Shown one piece after another: positions 16,820 to 28,452 of a DNA stretch of 64,000 nt (its first letter is position 1; each line of letters begins with the position of its first letter). The notes under the pieces were generated by a model. It made no database searches, was not told where the DNA came from, and worked only from the letters and a program-made list of their open reading frames with translations. The stretch comes from Pseudomonas phage vB_PaePAO1-KEN19: the sequence record PP456878.1, one strand, 5' to 3'. A program made the translations under genes and the position numbers.

Positions 16820-18472
16820 ATGAAGAAGGCATTAGTTCCTTTTAATATTTCTTTACTTATTCCTACTAAAGAACAATTAAAGTTCTTAGGTCAAGTAAAG
16901 AGTCATGAGATATTTGAAGGTTTAGGTGGTAACTTTCATGAAGATGGTTTGTTCTCTGTTTCCATTTTTGGAAGAGTTGGATCAACTGATCGTGAGAGTT
17001 TATTTGGATATATTCATTTAGGTTTAGAACTTATCCATCCAGCTGTATATCGAAACTTAATTAAATTAAAAGCTTTCTATGAAGAAATTATTCTTGGTAA
17101 GGCATTTGCAGTATTTGACGAATCTATTAAAGATTTTATCCGCGCCGATGAACTAACTGGTAAAACTGGTTATACATTCTTTTTTGATAACTGGAAACGA
17201 ATTGACTTTGGGTCCACTAAGTCAGGGGTTCGGCTATCAAGGTTACAATTAATCGAAAAATATAAAGATAACTGTATTTTTAAAGACATGCTTGTAACAC
17301 CAGCCGCTTATCGTGATGCAGAGATTGATGAGAATAATCGTGTTGAGATGGATGAGATCAATGAACACTATAGGTATCTATTAAATCAGTCGTTTGGTGT
17401 ACCTGATAGCTTTGGACCAAATGATGACTTGAGTATCTATGATCGCAAACGAGTAGCAATGCAAAACACCGTATTAGCTATTTATGAACATTATGAACGA
17501 CTGCTATCCGGTAAACGTGGATACATTCAATCTAAATGGGCATCCCGTCGTATTGCCAATGGTACACGTAACGTCATTAGTTCGCTAGATACTAATGCTG
17601 CTGATCTTGATTCACCTAATCGACCAACATTCAAAGATGCCGTAGTTGGCTTACATCAAGCAGCTCGTTCAGTTGCACCGCGTACAATCTTTGCACTAAG
17701 GCAAGGTGTAGTTGGTGAAGTGTTTGATACAGTTACTAACACTGTACAGCTCATCAATAAGAAAACACTACGTTTAGAATGGGTTGATATCTCTAACGAA
17801 GATATGGATCTATGGGGAACTCCTGAAGGGCAAGAACAAATCATCAATGAGTTAGATGTCATTGAAAAACGTTCACGTGCAATTGAAATTGCTGATCATT
17901 ATCTAGCCCTTATTTACGTTGATGATAAACAGAATTTTAAAATATTCCGCAACATCGATGAGTTACCTACTAATCTAAATAAGAAATTTGTTAGACCTAT
18001 TACTTATGCCGAATTAGTTTACCTTAGTGGATTAAGTATGTGGCGAACAAACTCAGCGTTTGTTACACGATATCCTGTAGAAAACTACAATAGCTCTATC
18101 CCCTGTAAGATGTATGTTAAAACAACCGTAGTGGGTGAATTACGTTATCCGTTAAATGATCAATGGGAACGTGATGATACGTTGGAACCAGCCTTAGAAT
18201 TCCCTGTGTTTGAATTAAATAAACCAGCCCAGTGGCATGACTCAGTATCCATCTCTCCTTCTATTCTCGCGCCATTGGGGGCGGATTTCGACGGGGACAC
18301 TGTATCATTTAACGCAGTTTATTCAGAGGAAGCTATCGCTGAAACAGATGCTTTCTTTAAGAAACGTATTGCATATATACATGCCGATGGTCGACTGGCA
18401 TTTAGTGTTGGTATCCATACACTCAATTTAACTCTTCGGTACATGACTGGGGAACCCAAACAAAGGGATTAA
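16820..18472 (+). CDS. multisubunit RNA polymerase beta-prime-like subunit, N-terminal fragment (550 aa)
   Basis: DGLFSVSIFGRVGS resembles the beta-prime DGLFCxxIFGP element; GADFDGDTVSF near the C-terminus is the universal NADFDGD Mg-binding loop; no N-terminal zinc finger. Confidence 0.8.
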   Translation: MKKALVPFNISLLIPTKEQLKFLGQVKSHEIFEGLGGNFHEDGLFSVSIFGRVGSTDRESLFGYIHLGLELIHPAVYRNLIKLKAFYEEIILGKAFAVFDESIKDFIRADELTGKTGYTFFFDNWKRIDFGSTKSGVRLSRLQLIEKYKDNCIFKDMLVTPAAYRDAEIDENNRVEMDEINEHYRYLLNQSFGVPDSFGPNDDLSIYDRKRVAMQNTVLAIYEHYERLLSGKRGYIQSKWASRRIANGTRNVISSLDTNAADLDSPNRPTFKDAVVGLHQAARSVAPRTIFALRQGVVGEVFDTVTNTVQLINKKTLRLEWVDISNEDMDLWGTPEGQEQIINELDVIEKRSRAIEIADHYLALIYVDDKQNFKIFRNIDELPTNLNKKFVRPITYAELVYLSGLSMWRTNSAFVTRYPVENYNSSIPCKMYVKTTVVGELRYPLNDQWERDDTLEPALEFPVFELNKPAQWHDSVSISPSILAPLGADFDGDTVSFNAVYSEEAIAETDAFFKKRIAYIHADGRLAFSVGIHTLNLTLRYMTGEPKQRD

Positions 18473-18474
18473 TC

Positions 18475-21400
18475 ATGCGCTTAAATATTACACAGTTTCT
18501 GAAAAATTATAGTGTACGCGAATATGCTAAACTTCAGTCACCTAAGTTGCATGCTCTAAATAAACTTGATCTACCTTTCGAATCCATTTATCAGTTCTTC
18601 GATGGTAATAATGCAGTAATGGGTCCTAGTCAAACAGACCCATTATTCTCCAAACATCAAGGTAAAGTATATATTGAGCATGTTACTGATATGCTTACAT
18701 TTGAAGGTAATCCACGTAGGACTTCAAATATCCCAGCAACAATGATTCAAGAGTTTCGCCGCCAGAACCGTTTCTTTAAACCTTTACGCAGTGATACCGG
18801 TTTTAAATTATCAAACCAGAACATTCTGGTAATGAATTATAATTTAATTAACCCTCAATGGAATTATATGGCTTCTTATAAAGCTACATGGTTCCGTTGG
18901 TCAAATGACATGCGTACATTCTGGAGTGGCGTAGCGGCTGCATGTGAACGTTTTCCTGGTTGGAACCAGTTCATTGATGTACACTTACCTGAGTTAGTTC
19001 CACCTCCTTCTTCTTTTAATAAACTACGAGGGGGTTTAACTCAAGATCTAGCTAATCAATTCAATACACCTGATATTCTAAATATATTTGATTTAGTTCG
19101 CTGGGTTTCTGATGATCGTGAAAGTTCTTTCATGAATGTCATCGATGCTAAGTATTACGGTAACATTAATCTTTTATTCCGTGTACAAAGTTCATTCTTT
19201 GTTATTAACTTAGGGATGCTTGATCAATGGCGTCGTGATCCAGAAATTAAAGATGATAAAGGTTATGATACCCAGCAAATAGCTAGGCGCCTTATTTCAC
19301 TAGTATCAGCGATGGTTGAATATAACCAAGGTAATACTTCATTAATTAAAGAAGATACGCCTATCTTTAATGAAGATATTATTGTTGATGAAGAAACTCC
19401 GGTTAGTTATGAAGAAGGTGAAGCAGAAGAGGTTGAGGATGTTGAGTCTAATAACGTTGAAGAAGAAGTAACTGAAGTTGATGTTATTGATGATGTTCAA
19501 TTTGACCCAACCAACTTAACTAACTTAATTGATATTGGCGCAATTGAGGTAACATATACCCCACCACCAGAAAGTGATCTTGAGGTAACAAAGCTTATCA
19601 TTGAAAAAGATCCACTGGAATCTTCACCTTCTCGCCAAATTAAAGAAGAGAAGGAACTCATTGTAACAGATGTACCAGAAGATGAGTTATTCATCAATAC
19701 TGAAGTTGATGAAGAAGATAAACTAATCGATGCCATTAGAGCTAAAGCATACGACATGTATCGCGTGAATATGATTTCTGCGAATACATTCGAGCAAGCT
19801 CAAGAAGATTCGATTATGTATCGTCGTCTACCTGATCCATTTACCGATCCTAATGATGAATCAGTAGAACCTATGACGATCGCTGAGGCGATGGAATATC
19901 ATCCAGATGATCTTAAGATTCCAGAAGACACCACTTTTGAAGATAAGCCAACCATTGTTGATAAATCAATGTTGGGTAGTAAGTTAAAAGCCATCCAACG
20001 CAAATACAACAAGGTCTTATTAAAGAAAGATATTTTAAACAGTGTGTTATCTGTTCAGAAACAAGGCGTATCAGTAACTAATTACAAAATTGAAACTGTA
20101 CGCGATTCTGGTAACCATTACCAAATCCACAAAGTTACATTAAAGCCTATTCGTGGTAGAAGTTCACAAGTAATGTTCCGTATCCCTGTCATTGATAATG
20201 ACGGTAGGTTCATGTCTAATGGGGTAACATATCGCCAACGTTTACAACGTGCTGATATTCCAATTCGTAAAGTTAATCCACGTAAAGTTGCATTGACCTC
20301 TTATTATAATAAGACCTTTGTGACCAGATCTGAACGTGCTGAAAACAACTTTGATAATTGGTTAATCAGAGCGATTACCAACCGTGCATTAGATGGAAGT
20401 GATATGTCTGTACATTCAGTTACCTATGCTGAATTAGATCAATCCAACTATGTTCTACCAAGGGTGTACACTACTTTAGGAACAGCTTTTAAAGGCTTCC
20501 ATAATCACCGTAATGTGTTCTATTTTAATTTCAAAGATCGTAATGAATTCTTTGCAAAACAAGGATTACATATCGAAGATTATGAAACTGATGATTTGAT
20601 AATGGTGGGGTTCAATGGCACTGATGCTATCTTGTTAGATAAGAATTCCATCTTTTACATGAAAACAGGTAATGAGCTAGAACCTATTGGTACCATTACA
20701 GATATACTTGGCTTAGATCTAACCAAAGCGCCGTTAGAAGCTATTCTAATGTCAATTGGTGGTAAAGAGCTACCATTAGGTTTCATTTTAGCATATCACC
20801 ATGGCTTAAACAATCTACTTAAGAAGTTGAATGTTAATTATCAGCGTCATCAGCGTGGTACCAGGATTGTTGTCAATAGTACGGATTATACATTAGCGTT
20901 CGCTGATGAGATCCTAGTATTTGATCGAGCTGATTATAAAGCAATGCTTGTATTAAGTGGACTCAAACGTTATCATAAATCACTGCGGCGTTATTCTGTT
21001 TATGATTTCAATAAACGAGATGTTTACTTCAGGGTTCTTGAAGAAGCTGGATTAAGTAATAGATTTACACGTGATATTGATACACTCTTCTCAGCATGGG
21101 TCGATCCAATCACTGAGGGTCTACTCAAGGAGATGGGTGAACCAACTACTTTTGAAGGATTGCTTTATCGGTCTGTCGAGTTATTAACGAACGACTGGAG
21201 TCCAGCAGAAGTAGATGGTGCATATATGCGCTATCGTGGTTATGAGCGCATGGCAGGGGCTATTTTTAATGAACTCAATAGAGCGGTACGTGTATTTAAT
21301 ATGCGTAATGGTGGGTCAGTGCAAACTGTCGAGTTAGATCCACACGTGATCTGGCGCAAGATTGTACAAGATCCGACAGTAGCCACTATTGAAGATTCTA

Positions 21401-22830
21401 ACCCCATTGCAAATATCCGTGAACAAGAAGCGATGACTTATCGTGGAGATGGTGGACGCGGTCCAACTTCAATGGTTGCACGTACACGTATTTACGGTGA
21501 AGCGGATGTTGGTGTGGTTAGTGAATCAACTGTGGACTCAGGTGACGTTGGTGTTATTGCTTACTTAGTACCTGATGCTAACTTTGTAAACATGCGTGGT
21601 GTTACGCGTATGTTTGATCCAAAGACAGATGGGCCAGCTAGACTACTCTCAACTAGTGCACTGCTTGGTGTTGCAACCGAACATGATGACCCTAAGCGAA
21701 TTAACTTTATATCAATTCAGCAGCAGCAAGGTATTTATGCTGATGGGTATACAGTTACACCAGTTCGTACAGGCTATGAACAAATCATAGCCCAAAGGAC
21801 TAGTTCTATCTTTGCTGTAGCAGCAGAACAAGATGGTGAAGTTGTAGCTATTGATGAATATGGTATCCAAGTTAAATATGCTGATGGTAATGTATTTGGA
21901 TATCAATTAGGTACAGTTCATGGCACAGCAGCTGGTGTTAACTACCCACACATTCTTGTTACCTCATTAAAGAAAGGTGATAAGTTTAAACGTGGAGATA
22001 CTATCACATATAACAAACGTTATTTCTCTGAAGATAGGTATACGCCTGGGCAAGTATTATGGAAAGCCGGTTGTATGGCTGTTGTAGCATTTGATGATAA
22101 CCTTGACACTTTAGAAGACGGTTCAGTTATTTCTGAAGACCTAGCTAAAAGGTTAAATACTCAAACAACTGCAATCAAGAATATCGATGTTAGGTTTGAT
22201 CAGACTATTCGAGATATGGTGAAAGTTGGGGATCATGTCGACTTAAATTCAATTCTATGTATAATTGAAGATCCTGAAACAGCTGCTCACTCACTATATG
22301 ACGAGGCATCTATTGAGACATTACGCAAACTATCAGCATATTCGCCACGTGCTAAGCTCGTAGGTACAGTATCAAAGATTGAATGCTTCTATCATGGTGA
22401 AATAGACGATATGACACCAAGTTTACAAGCATTAGCTAATACGTCAGATAAACAACGCGCTGAACGAGCTAAATCATTGAAAGAACCTACTTTCACTGGA
22501 CAAGTAGATGCTAACTATCGAGTGAAAGGACGAGCCTTAGAATATGACCACATGATTATTCGAGTGTATATCGATCATGATATCCCATGTGGTGTTGGAG
22601 ATAAAGGCGTAGTAGCTAACCAGATGAAAACGGTATTCTCCCGTGTAATGACTGGACGTAATGAAACTGAAGATGGCCGTAATATTGATCTACTATTCGG
22701 TAATACATCGGTAGAAGAACGAATGGTTCTATCTCCTAAAATCATTGCTACAACAACTGGTATCTTGTGGGCAGCTGGAAAACATCTTGTAGCTGTATAT
22801 AGAGGAAACACTAATGCAAAAGCTAAGTAA
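18475..22830 (+). CDS. multisubunit RNA polymerase beta-like subunit (1451 aa) with a long divergent, highly acidic N-terminal part
   Basis: C-terminal GVGDKGVVANQMK...SVEERMVLSPKII aligns with the beta GDK..GNKGV..PSRMNIGQ region; its start codon lies 3 nt after the previous stop with an AAGGGA SD (translational coupling). Confidence 0.6.
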   Translation: MRLNITQFLKNYSVREYAKLQSPKLHALNKLDLPFESIYQFFDGNNAVMGPSQTDPLFSKHQGKVYIEHVTDMLTFEGNPRRTSNIPATMIQEFRRQNRFFKPLRSDTGFKLSNQNILVMNYNLINPQWNYMASYKATWFRWSNDMRTFWSGVAAACERFPGWNQFIDVHLPELVPPPSSFNKLRGGLTQDLANQFNTPDILNIFDLVRWVSDDRESSFMNVIDAKYYGNINLLFRVQSSFFVINLGMLDQWRRDPEIKDDKGYDTQQIARRLISLVSAMVEYNQGNTSLIKEDTPIFNEDIIVDEETPVSYEEGEAEEVEDVESNNVEEEVTEVDVIDDVQFDPTNLTNLIDIGAIEVTYTPPPESDLEVTKLIIEKDPLESSPSRQIKEEKELIVTDVPEDELFINTEVDEEDKLIDAIRAKAYDMYRVNMISANTFEQAQEDSIMYRRLPDPFTDPNDESVEPMTIAEAMEYHPDDLKIPEDTTFEDKPTIVDKSMLGSKLKAIQRKYNKVLLKKDILNSVLSVQKQGVSVTNYKIETVRDSGNHYQIHKVTLKPIRGRSSQVMFRIPVIDNDGRFMSNGVTYRQRLQRADIPIRKVNPRKVALTSYYNKTFVTRSERAENNFDNWLIRAITNRALDGSDMSVHSVTYAELDQSNYVLPRVYTTLGTAFKGFHNHRNVFYFNFKDRNEFFAKQGLHIEDYETDDLIMVGFNGTDAILLDKNSIFYMKTGNELEPIGTITDILGLDLTKAPLEAILMSIGGKELPLGFILAYHHGLNNLLKKLNVNYQRHQRGTRIVVNSTDYTLAFADEILVFDRADYKAMLVLSGLKRYHKSLRRYSVYDFNKRDVYFRVLEEAGLSNRFTRDIDTLFSAWVDPITEGLLKEMGEPTTFEGLLYRSVELLTNDWSPAEVDGAYMRYRGYERMAGAIFNELNRAVRVFNMRNGGSVQTVELDPHVIWRKIVQDPTVATIEDSNPIANIREQEAMTYRGDGGRGPTSMVARTRIYGEADVGVVSESTVDSGDVGVIAYLVPDANFVNMRGVTRMFDPKTDGPARLLSTSALLGVATEHDDPKRINFISIQQQQGIYADGYTVTPVRTGYEQIIAQRTSSIFAVAAEQDGEVVAIDEYGIQVKYADGNVFGYQLGTVHGTAAGVNYPHILVTSLKKGDKFKRGDTITYNKRYFSEDRYTPGQVLWKAGCMAVVAFDDNLDTLEDGSVISEDLAKRLNTQTTAIKNIDVRFDQTIRDMVKVGDHVDLNSILCIIEDPETAAHSLYDEASIETLRKLSAYSPRAKLVGTVSKIECFYHGEIDDMTPSLQALANTSDKQRAERAKSLKEPTFTGQVDANYRVKGRALEYDHMIIRVYIDHDIPCGVGDKGVVANQMKTVFSRVMTGRNETEDGRNIDLLFGNTSVEERMVLSPKIIATTTGILWAAGKHLVAVYRGNTNAKAK

Positions 22831-23011
22831 TAATGTAGCACATGGTCAGAACATTGCTGTTCTTCATGCTGCTGTTAAACTAGGTACTCAAGCAATTCTA
22901 CAATCGCTTGGTGGCACCACCAGCTCCCCATCTCTGAATGGGGAGTTTTTAACTGAGGCTGATATTGCAGCAGCTTTAAACGCTCGCTTAATGAAGAACC
23001 TCAATATCTAA
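22814..23011 (+). CDS. small hypothetical protein (65 aa)
   Basis: AGGAAA SD 6 nt upstream; overlaps the end of the RNAP gene by 17 nt. Confidence 0.35.
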   Translation: MQKLSNNVAHGQNIAVLHAAVKLGTQAILQSLGGTTSSPSLNGEFLTEADIAAALNARLMKNLNI

Positions 23012-23022
23012 GGAGTGTTAAA

Positions 23023-24582
23023 ATGTTCTGTAAAGAAACCCAAGCTGCGATTGTTGGCTCAGCACGTAGTCTAACTGAGGATAACCTTGTTCTAGTTATC
23101 CCTAATGAAACATATCCCCTTGCGGTCTTTGCAGATGGTTTCAGTGTAGATGGCAACTCTAATAAAGTTGCCCTCTCTGAAGAGCTGGAAGCATCTGTAG
23201 AAGAGTTCTTCGAGGAAGCTAACCAAGAGCAACCTGTTAGTGTAGAAGAAGAGCAAGAAGCTCTGATTGCACATGTCTGCTCATCATTACAAAAGATCCA
23301 ATTCAATACGCAGAATGTTATTTGCCCTGCAATTGAATATATGGTACGTGTTTTTAATGAGCGTCAAAGCATTAGTTGTCAACCAGATGTAAGCGCTACA
23401 TTCTACCACTATAATGCAGTTCATAGTGATCCACGCTTAACTGCACACGTTAGTACACGATACAATAATTTACAGCCGCTACCTGAGTATCGTACCTTTA
23501 TTCTAGAATCAATTGATGCTAATGAAATTATTCGGTTAGTGTCAATGGGTAATCCGCATCTAGATCAAACTGAAGTTGAAGAATGGCTACTATCTATTCC
23601 TAATAGTGCCGCTGTTATTGAAGGTGTGTGGAATTCTATCTTCAATGATGGTCGTCTTCTCATTCCAGGTGAACTTGAATATGTTGTGGGTAGGTCCTTC
23701 CCATTCACTGTTGATTCACTAGCTCTGGCTTACATGATTTGCGGTCACTACATCGATAACCCGGTTGAAGTTATTGGCGAGAGTGATGTTGACCTAGAAA
23801 CATGGTCACTAACTATTCGTAAACTACATGAGATGTTTGGATTCTATCTCAAGCGTGCTTATGAACGTCGTCAAGCTGATCGTGATGCAGGTCTACTCAT
23901 CCTAGCCTCAGAAGCTAATAATGTAGTTGCTAATTCTCGTTGCAAAGTAATCATTAATGGTGATGTTGCACCTCAATTTGAATTAGCCGGTGGTGACATC
24001 CAAGCTATCCTTGGTGCAGCTGTAGCAGGTAGTAATAACATTTACCTAGAACAGATTCTTAATAACTCAGAACAGTTTATTCAACGTTGGCTATCAGTAT
24101 ATCCGCTGATTAAACAATCGGCTATGGATAAAGGTTTACGTAAACTACGCAATGACATTCATGAATCATTTATGGATGGTGTCATTAATACTGAACTTAA
24201 AGATCGCCATGTTAATGAACTCGAATATCGTATTAAAGAAGCAATGAGTACGATGACGACTGAAGATCTTAAGAATCCTTATATCACCTTTGGTAAACTT
24301 ATCTGTAAAACATTCTTTACAGAAAATGTTTACTGGCAATATCTGCTAGCAGTTGATGAATTTAGTCAAATGTATCCTGAGGCCACTCTACGTGAACTCA
24401 ATACACAATCACTAATTTCACTAATGGCAGCATGGCTGTCTCAACAGATTAAAGTTGAGCGGTTCACTGGTGTTGTTGATCCTTATGCAAAACTACCAGT
24501 AAAAGAAGTTATTGAAACTGTAGAAGATGATAGCACTGAAACTTTAGATGATGTTGAAATCGAAGAAGAAGTTTCTAATTAA
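23023..24582 (+). CDS. hypothetical protein (519 aa) with an acidic C-terminal tail
   Basis: AAGGAG SD; C-terminus EDDSTETLDDVEIEEEVSN. Confidence 0.55.
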   Translation: MFCKETQAAIVGSARSLTEDNLVLVIPNETYPLAVFADGFSVDGNSNKVALSEELEASVEEFFEEANQEQPVSVEEEQEALIAHVCSSLQKIQFNTQNVICPAIEYMVRVFNERQSISCQPDVSATFYHYNAVHSDPRLTAHVSTRYNNLQPLPEYRTFILESIDANEIIRLVSMGNPHLDQTEVEEWLLSIPNSAAVIEGVWNSIFNDGRLLIPGELEYVVGRSFPFTVDSLALAYMICGHYIDNPVEVIGESDVDLETWSLTIRKLHEMFGFYLKRAYERRQADRDAGLLILASEANNVVANSRCKVIINGDVAPQFELAGGDIQAILGAAVAGSNNIYLEQILNNSEQFIQRWLSVYPLIKQSAMDKGLRKLRNDIHESFMDGVINTELKDRHVNELEYRIKEAMSTMTTEDLKNPYITFGKLICKTFFTENVYWQYLLAVDEFSQMYPEATLRELNTQSLISLMAAWLSQQIKVERFTGVVDPYAKLPVKEVIETVEDDSTETLDDVEIEEEVSN

Positions 24583-24629
24583 ATTATCTTAATGGTTAAT
24601 AATCATTAAAACATGCAATCGATGATAAA

Positions 24630-24655
24630 CTCCGGTATTTGGAAGGATACCGGAG
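24630..24655 (+). terminator. hairpin CTCCGGTAT-TTGGAAGG-ATACCGGAG after the 519-aa gene
   Basis: Read directly. Confidence 0.45.
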
Positions 24656-24729
24656 TAATACAGCGAATATTTAAAGGTGCATGATTTTGATTAAGTATTT
24701 TAATCTTTACATAAATGAACAATTAGGAC

Positions 24730-25458
24730 ATGATAATGGACGTACGTTCTCTTCGACGGGATCCAGAACGGGTCCACAGTCATCTAACTGATTTAGAAGA
24801 TAATTCAGTAGTAACTAATGCCCCATGTAAAATACAGATTCCAGAAAGATTTACAGGAAGACATCTAGCTGTTATTGGTAGTGAAGTATTCACTATTGGT
24901 ATATTTCCTATTATTTTTAATGATGAATATTACGCAGTAAATAATACTATTGCAATGATGCGGATAAATCCAATCTCTACTGAACGCGTCCACATCAATG
25001 GTGAAGTTTATCTAGAATTTCATTTTGATAAAGGTAGTAAGATTTTCCAGAATACTTACTTAGTTGTTAATGATACATTAACTTACTATGTCTATGATGA
25101 GTTAATTAACAAAGGAAACTTCCCTTGGTATATTAACTATTATGACAAAGCCAAATTATTTGAGACAGCTAATTTACACGCTGGTGTTAACCTTGGTGGA
25201 TGGCCTACATTACAACTTATTATTTCAACCACTCAGCGTGCCTCGGATGATATATCACAACTATATCGACATGTGTTAACTAGACACAGTGATATCGTGG
25301 ATAATCCACCAGTCGACGTACCATTCCGTTCAGTTATCTGGAATACTTCAGACACAACATCAAAACTCAATGGGGCTTATTTTGATCAAGGTATCACATC
25401 AGCACTTGTTAACCCATCTGAGTCAGTAGAGCTTATTGAAGAACTCCTCAGGACCTAA
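24730..25458 (+). CDS. hypothetical protein (242 aa)
   Basis: ORF track. Confidence 0.5.
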   Translation: MIMDVRSLRRDPERVHSHLTDLEDNSVVTNAPCKIQIPERFTGRHLAVIGSEVFTIGIFPIIFNDEYYAVNNTIAMMRINPISTERVHINGEVYLEFHFDKGSKIFQNTYLVVNDTLTYYVYDELINKGNFPWYINYYDKAKLFETANLHAGVNLGGWPTLQLIISTTQRASDDISQLYRHVLTRHSDIVDNPPVDVPFRSVIWNTSDTTSKLNGAYFDQGITSALVNPSESVELIEELLRT

Positions 25459-25469
25459 GGAGTTGCGTT

Positions 25470-26282
25470 ATGCAACCATATTCTAATTTTTCTGGTTTGC
25501 AACAGCGTACTAATAACCAAGTAGTTATCGGCAGTGATATGTTAGCCGGTACTAATAAAAAAGGTGTATTAGTACCTGATGCGGATGGTTACTATCTAAC
25601 TCCACTAGGAGCTTATGGTACCCGAAATTCAGCTGGTATGTTCTATGAAATGGCATCCGGCGTATCTATGTTTAATCCAGACTCACCTTTAATGCGCCGT
25701 GTTAAAAAGGGTGTTCTATTCATGGAATACAAACACCCTGAACCCTATCGTAAAGATGGCACACGGATGAATGAACATGAGTACCTAATGCGAATTCGTC
25801 AAATCGATGATGATCGTGTGTGTGCGCATATTAAGGAACTTATTCTGGTTGATTCTACAGATGAGAAAGGTCTTCCTATTAAACTAGTACTTGGCAAATG
25901 CAAACCATACGGTCCTTTTGGTAAGTACTTCGAAGCATCTATTACCAATCCTTCTCAGAATACTTATTGCTCGGTAAGGTCAATAACTCAAGATGATCCT
26001 ATGCGCGGTATCAAATATACCCGTGAGATTTCAACTTGGGATATGGTCGGGGAAGGTGGTATTTATGGTGCTAATAAATGGAATTCTCCTGCATTAGAGA
26101 ACTATGAAGATCAATTAATGGTTATCACGCCTGATACTCTATATCAGGTACAGCGTGAACGTGAACGTCAAATTAACATGGGTTTTGAATGTTCTGATAT
26201 CACCAATGTGACAGATCTAGCGAAAAGTCTTGGCTGGGATATTTCACCAGTTAAACATAGGCGCCCTGGCTTCATGCGTTAA
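25470..26282 (+). CDS. hypothetical protein (270 aa)
   Basis: AAGGAG SD; ORF track. Confidence 0.5.
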   Translation: MQPYSNFSGLQQRTNNQVVIGSDMLAGTNKKGVLVPDADGYYLTPLGAYGTRNSAGMFYEMASGVSMFNPDSPLMRRVKKGVLFMEYKHPEPYRKDGTRMNEHEYLMRIRQIDDDRVCAHIKELILVDSTDEKGLPIKLVLGKCKPYGPFGKYFEASITNPSQNTYCSVRSITQDDPMRGIKYTREISTWDMVGEGGIYGANKWNSPALENYEDQLMVITPDTLYQVQRERERQINMGFECSDITNVTDLAKSLGWDISPVKHRRPGFMR

Positions 26283-26301
26283 AAATAAAAAAAGACATAA
26301 T

Positions 26302-26322
26302 GCCCTCCCGTAATGGGAGGGC
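26302..26322. terminator. terminator between convergent genes: GCCCTCCC-GTAAT-GGGAGGGC with a U-tract on the minus strand
   Basis: Minus strand: stem followed by ATTATGTCTTTTTTTATTTTT; plus strand: stem followed by TTATGCTGT. Confidence 0.65.
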
Positions 26323-26330
26323 TTATGCTG

Positions 26331-27467
<1,137 letters not shown>

Positions 27468-27477
27468 TTAAAAACTA

Positions 27478-28452
27478 CTATTTTTTATAAGCAATAAATT
27501 TTCCAATATGCTTGAATCCCTTACAACTAATAGTAACTTTAATCGGATATTTAGCCTTCATTACATAAATTAACCTGGACATATTAAACGGCGCATAAAG
27601 TATAAAATCATTATCTACCATTTCTTTATGGAATGCATTAATCTTATCTTGGACTAGTTTAATATAATCCTCATCATTAATAATACTTTGTTTATCTGAA
27701 ATAACAATCTTATCTACAGTATCGCCTTCAGCACATAGTCTTTCATATACCTCAGTACGGATAAATGTATTAACTGCGATATATGTATTTTCTGTTACTT
27801 GTGTAGCTTGTGCACTATAAATATCACTAATACAGTAATTAGGTTTATATGGACCAAATGGATCAATAATATCTTTAATAGATACACTCTTTTTTGGTAG
27901 AACATGGGGTGTTTCTAAAAATGAAACACTGTCATGTGCATCAATATCTAAATACTTATTGACTAGTGGGGCAACGCGGTTGAATGCCTCTTCATAGATA
28001 GCATACATGTAGCCACGGTAATCTGGTAAAGACGCATAATAATTACGCTGAACAACAGTCTCGCAACTACTAACATAATTATAAAAAATATCTGCGTGCC
28101 TTAAAACATTATTAAATTCATCTACGCCTAGAATTGAACTAATCCAACTAACATCATTATCGTGGATAAATATAGCTAAACGAAGGTTTTGCCGTTTTGG
28201 ATTAGTTTCATCTTGGAATGGATATGTTGTATATAGCTCAGTGATAGCTTGTTTAACTACATCAGGTGATTCATTGAAAAATTCTTTTGAGAATTGATCA
28301 ATTGACATATTTTGTCTTTGCTGATATAGTTCATTAATACGTGCTTCTACTTGCACAAGGAAGTTAATCTTTTTACTGATTTTAAGGCTATGTTCAGTAT
28401 GCATTAAGTTATCTCTGTTTGATTGATTTAATAACATCACAAACAATTTCAA
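27478..28452 (-). CDS. hypothetical protein (324 aa; start may be the downstream Met at 28404)
   Basis: ORF track. Confidence 0.5.
   Translation of the reverse strand: MKLFVMLLNQSNRDNLMHTEHSLKISKKINFLVQVEARINELYQQRQNMSIDQFSKEFFNESPDVVKQAITELYTTYPFQDETNPKRQNLRLAIFIHDNDVSWISSILGVDEFNNVLRHADIFYNYVSSCETVVQRNYYASLPDYRGYMYAIYEEAFNRVAPLVNKYLDIDAHDSVSFLETPHVLPKKSVSIKDIIDPFGPYKPNYCISDIYSAQATQVTENTYIAVNTFIRTEVYERLCAEGDTVDKIVISDKQSIINDEDYIKLVQDKINAFHKEMVDNDFILYAPFNMSRLIYVMKAKYPIKVTISCKGFKHIGKFIAYKK

Noticed and set aside
25470-26282. Considered calling the 270-aa protein the prohead protease
   Set aside because: This rested only on gene-order expectation from memory. I could not pin down a Ser/His catalytic motif in the sequence.
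27478-28452. Looked for an Mre11/SbcD partner of the Rad50-like ATPase among flanking ORFs (26331-29603 and 35591-36484)
   Set aside because: None shows the phosphoesterase motifs (DxH, GDxxD, GNHD/E).
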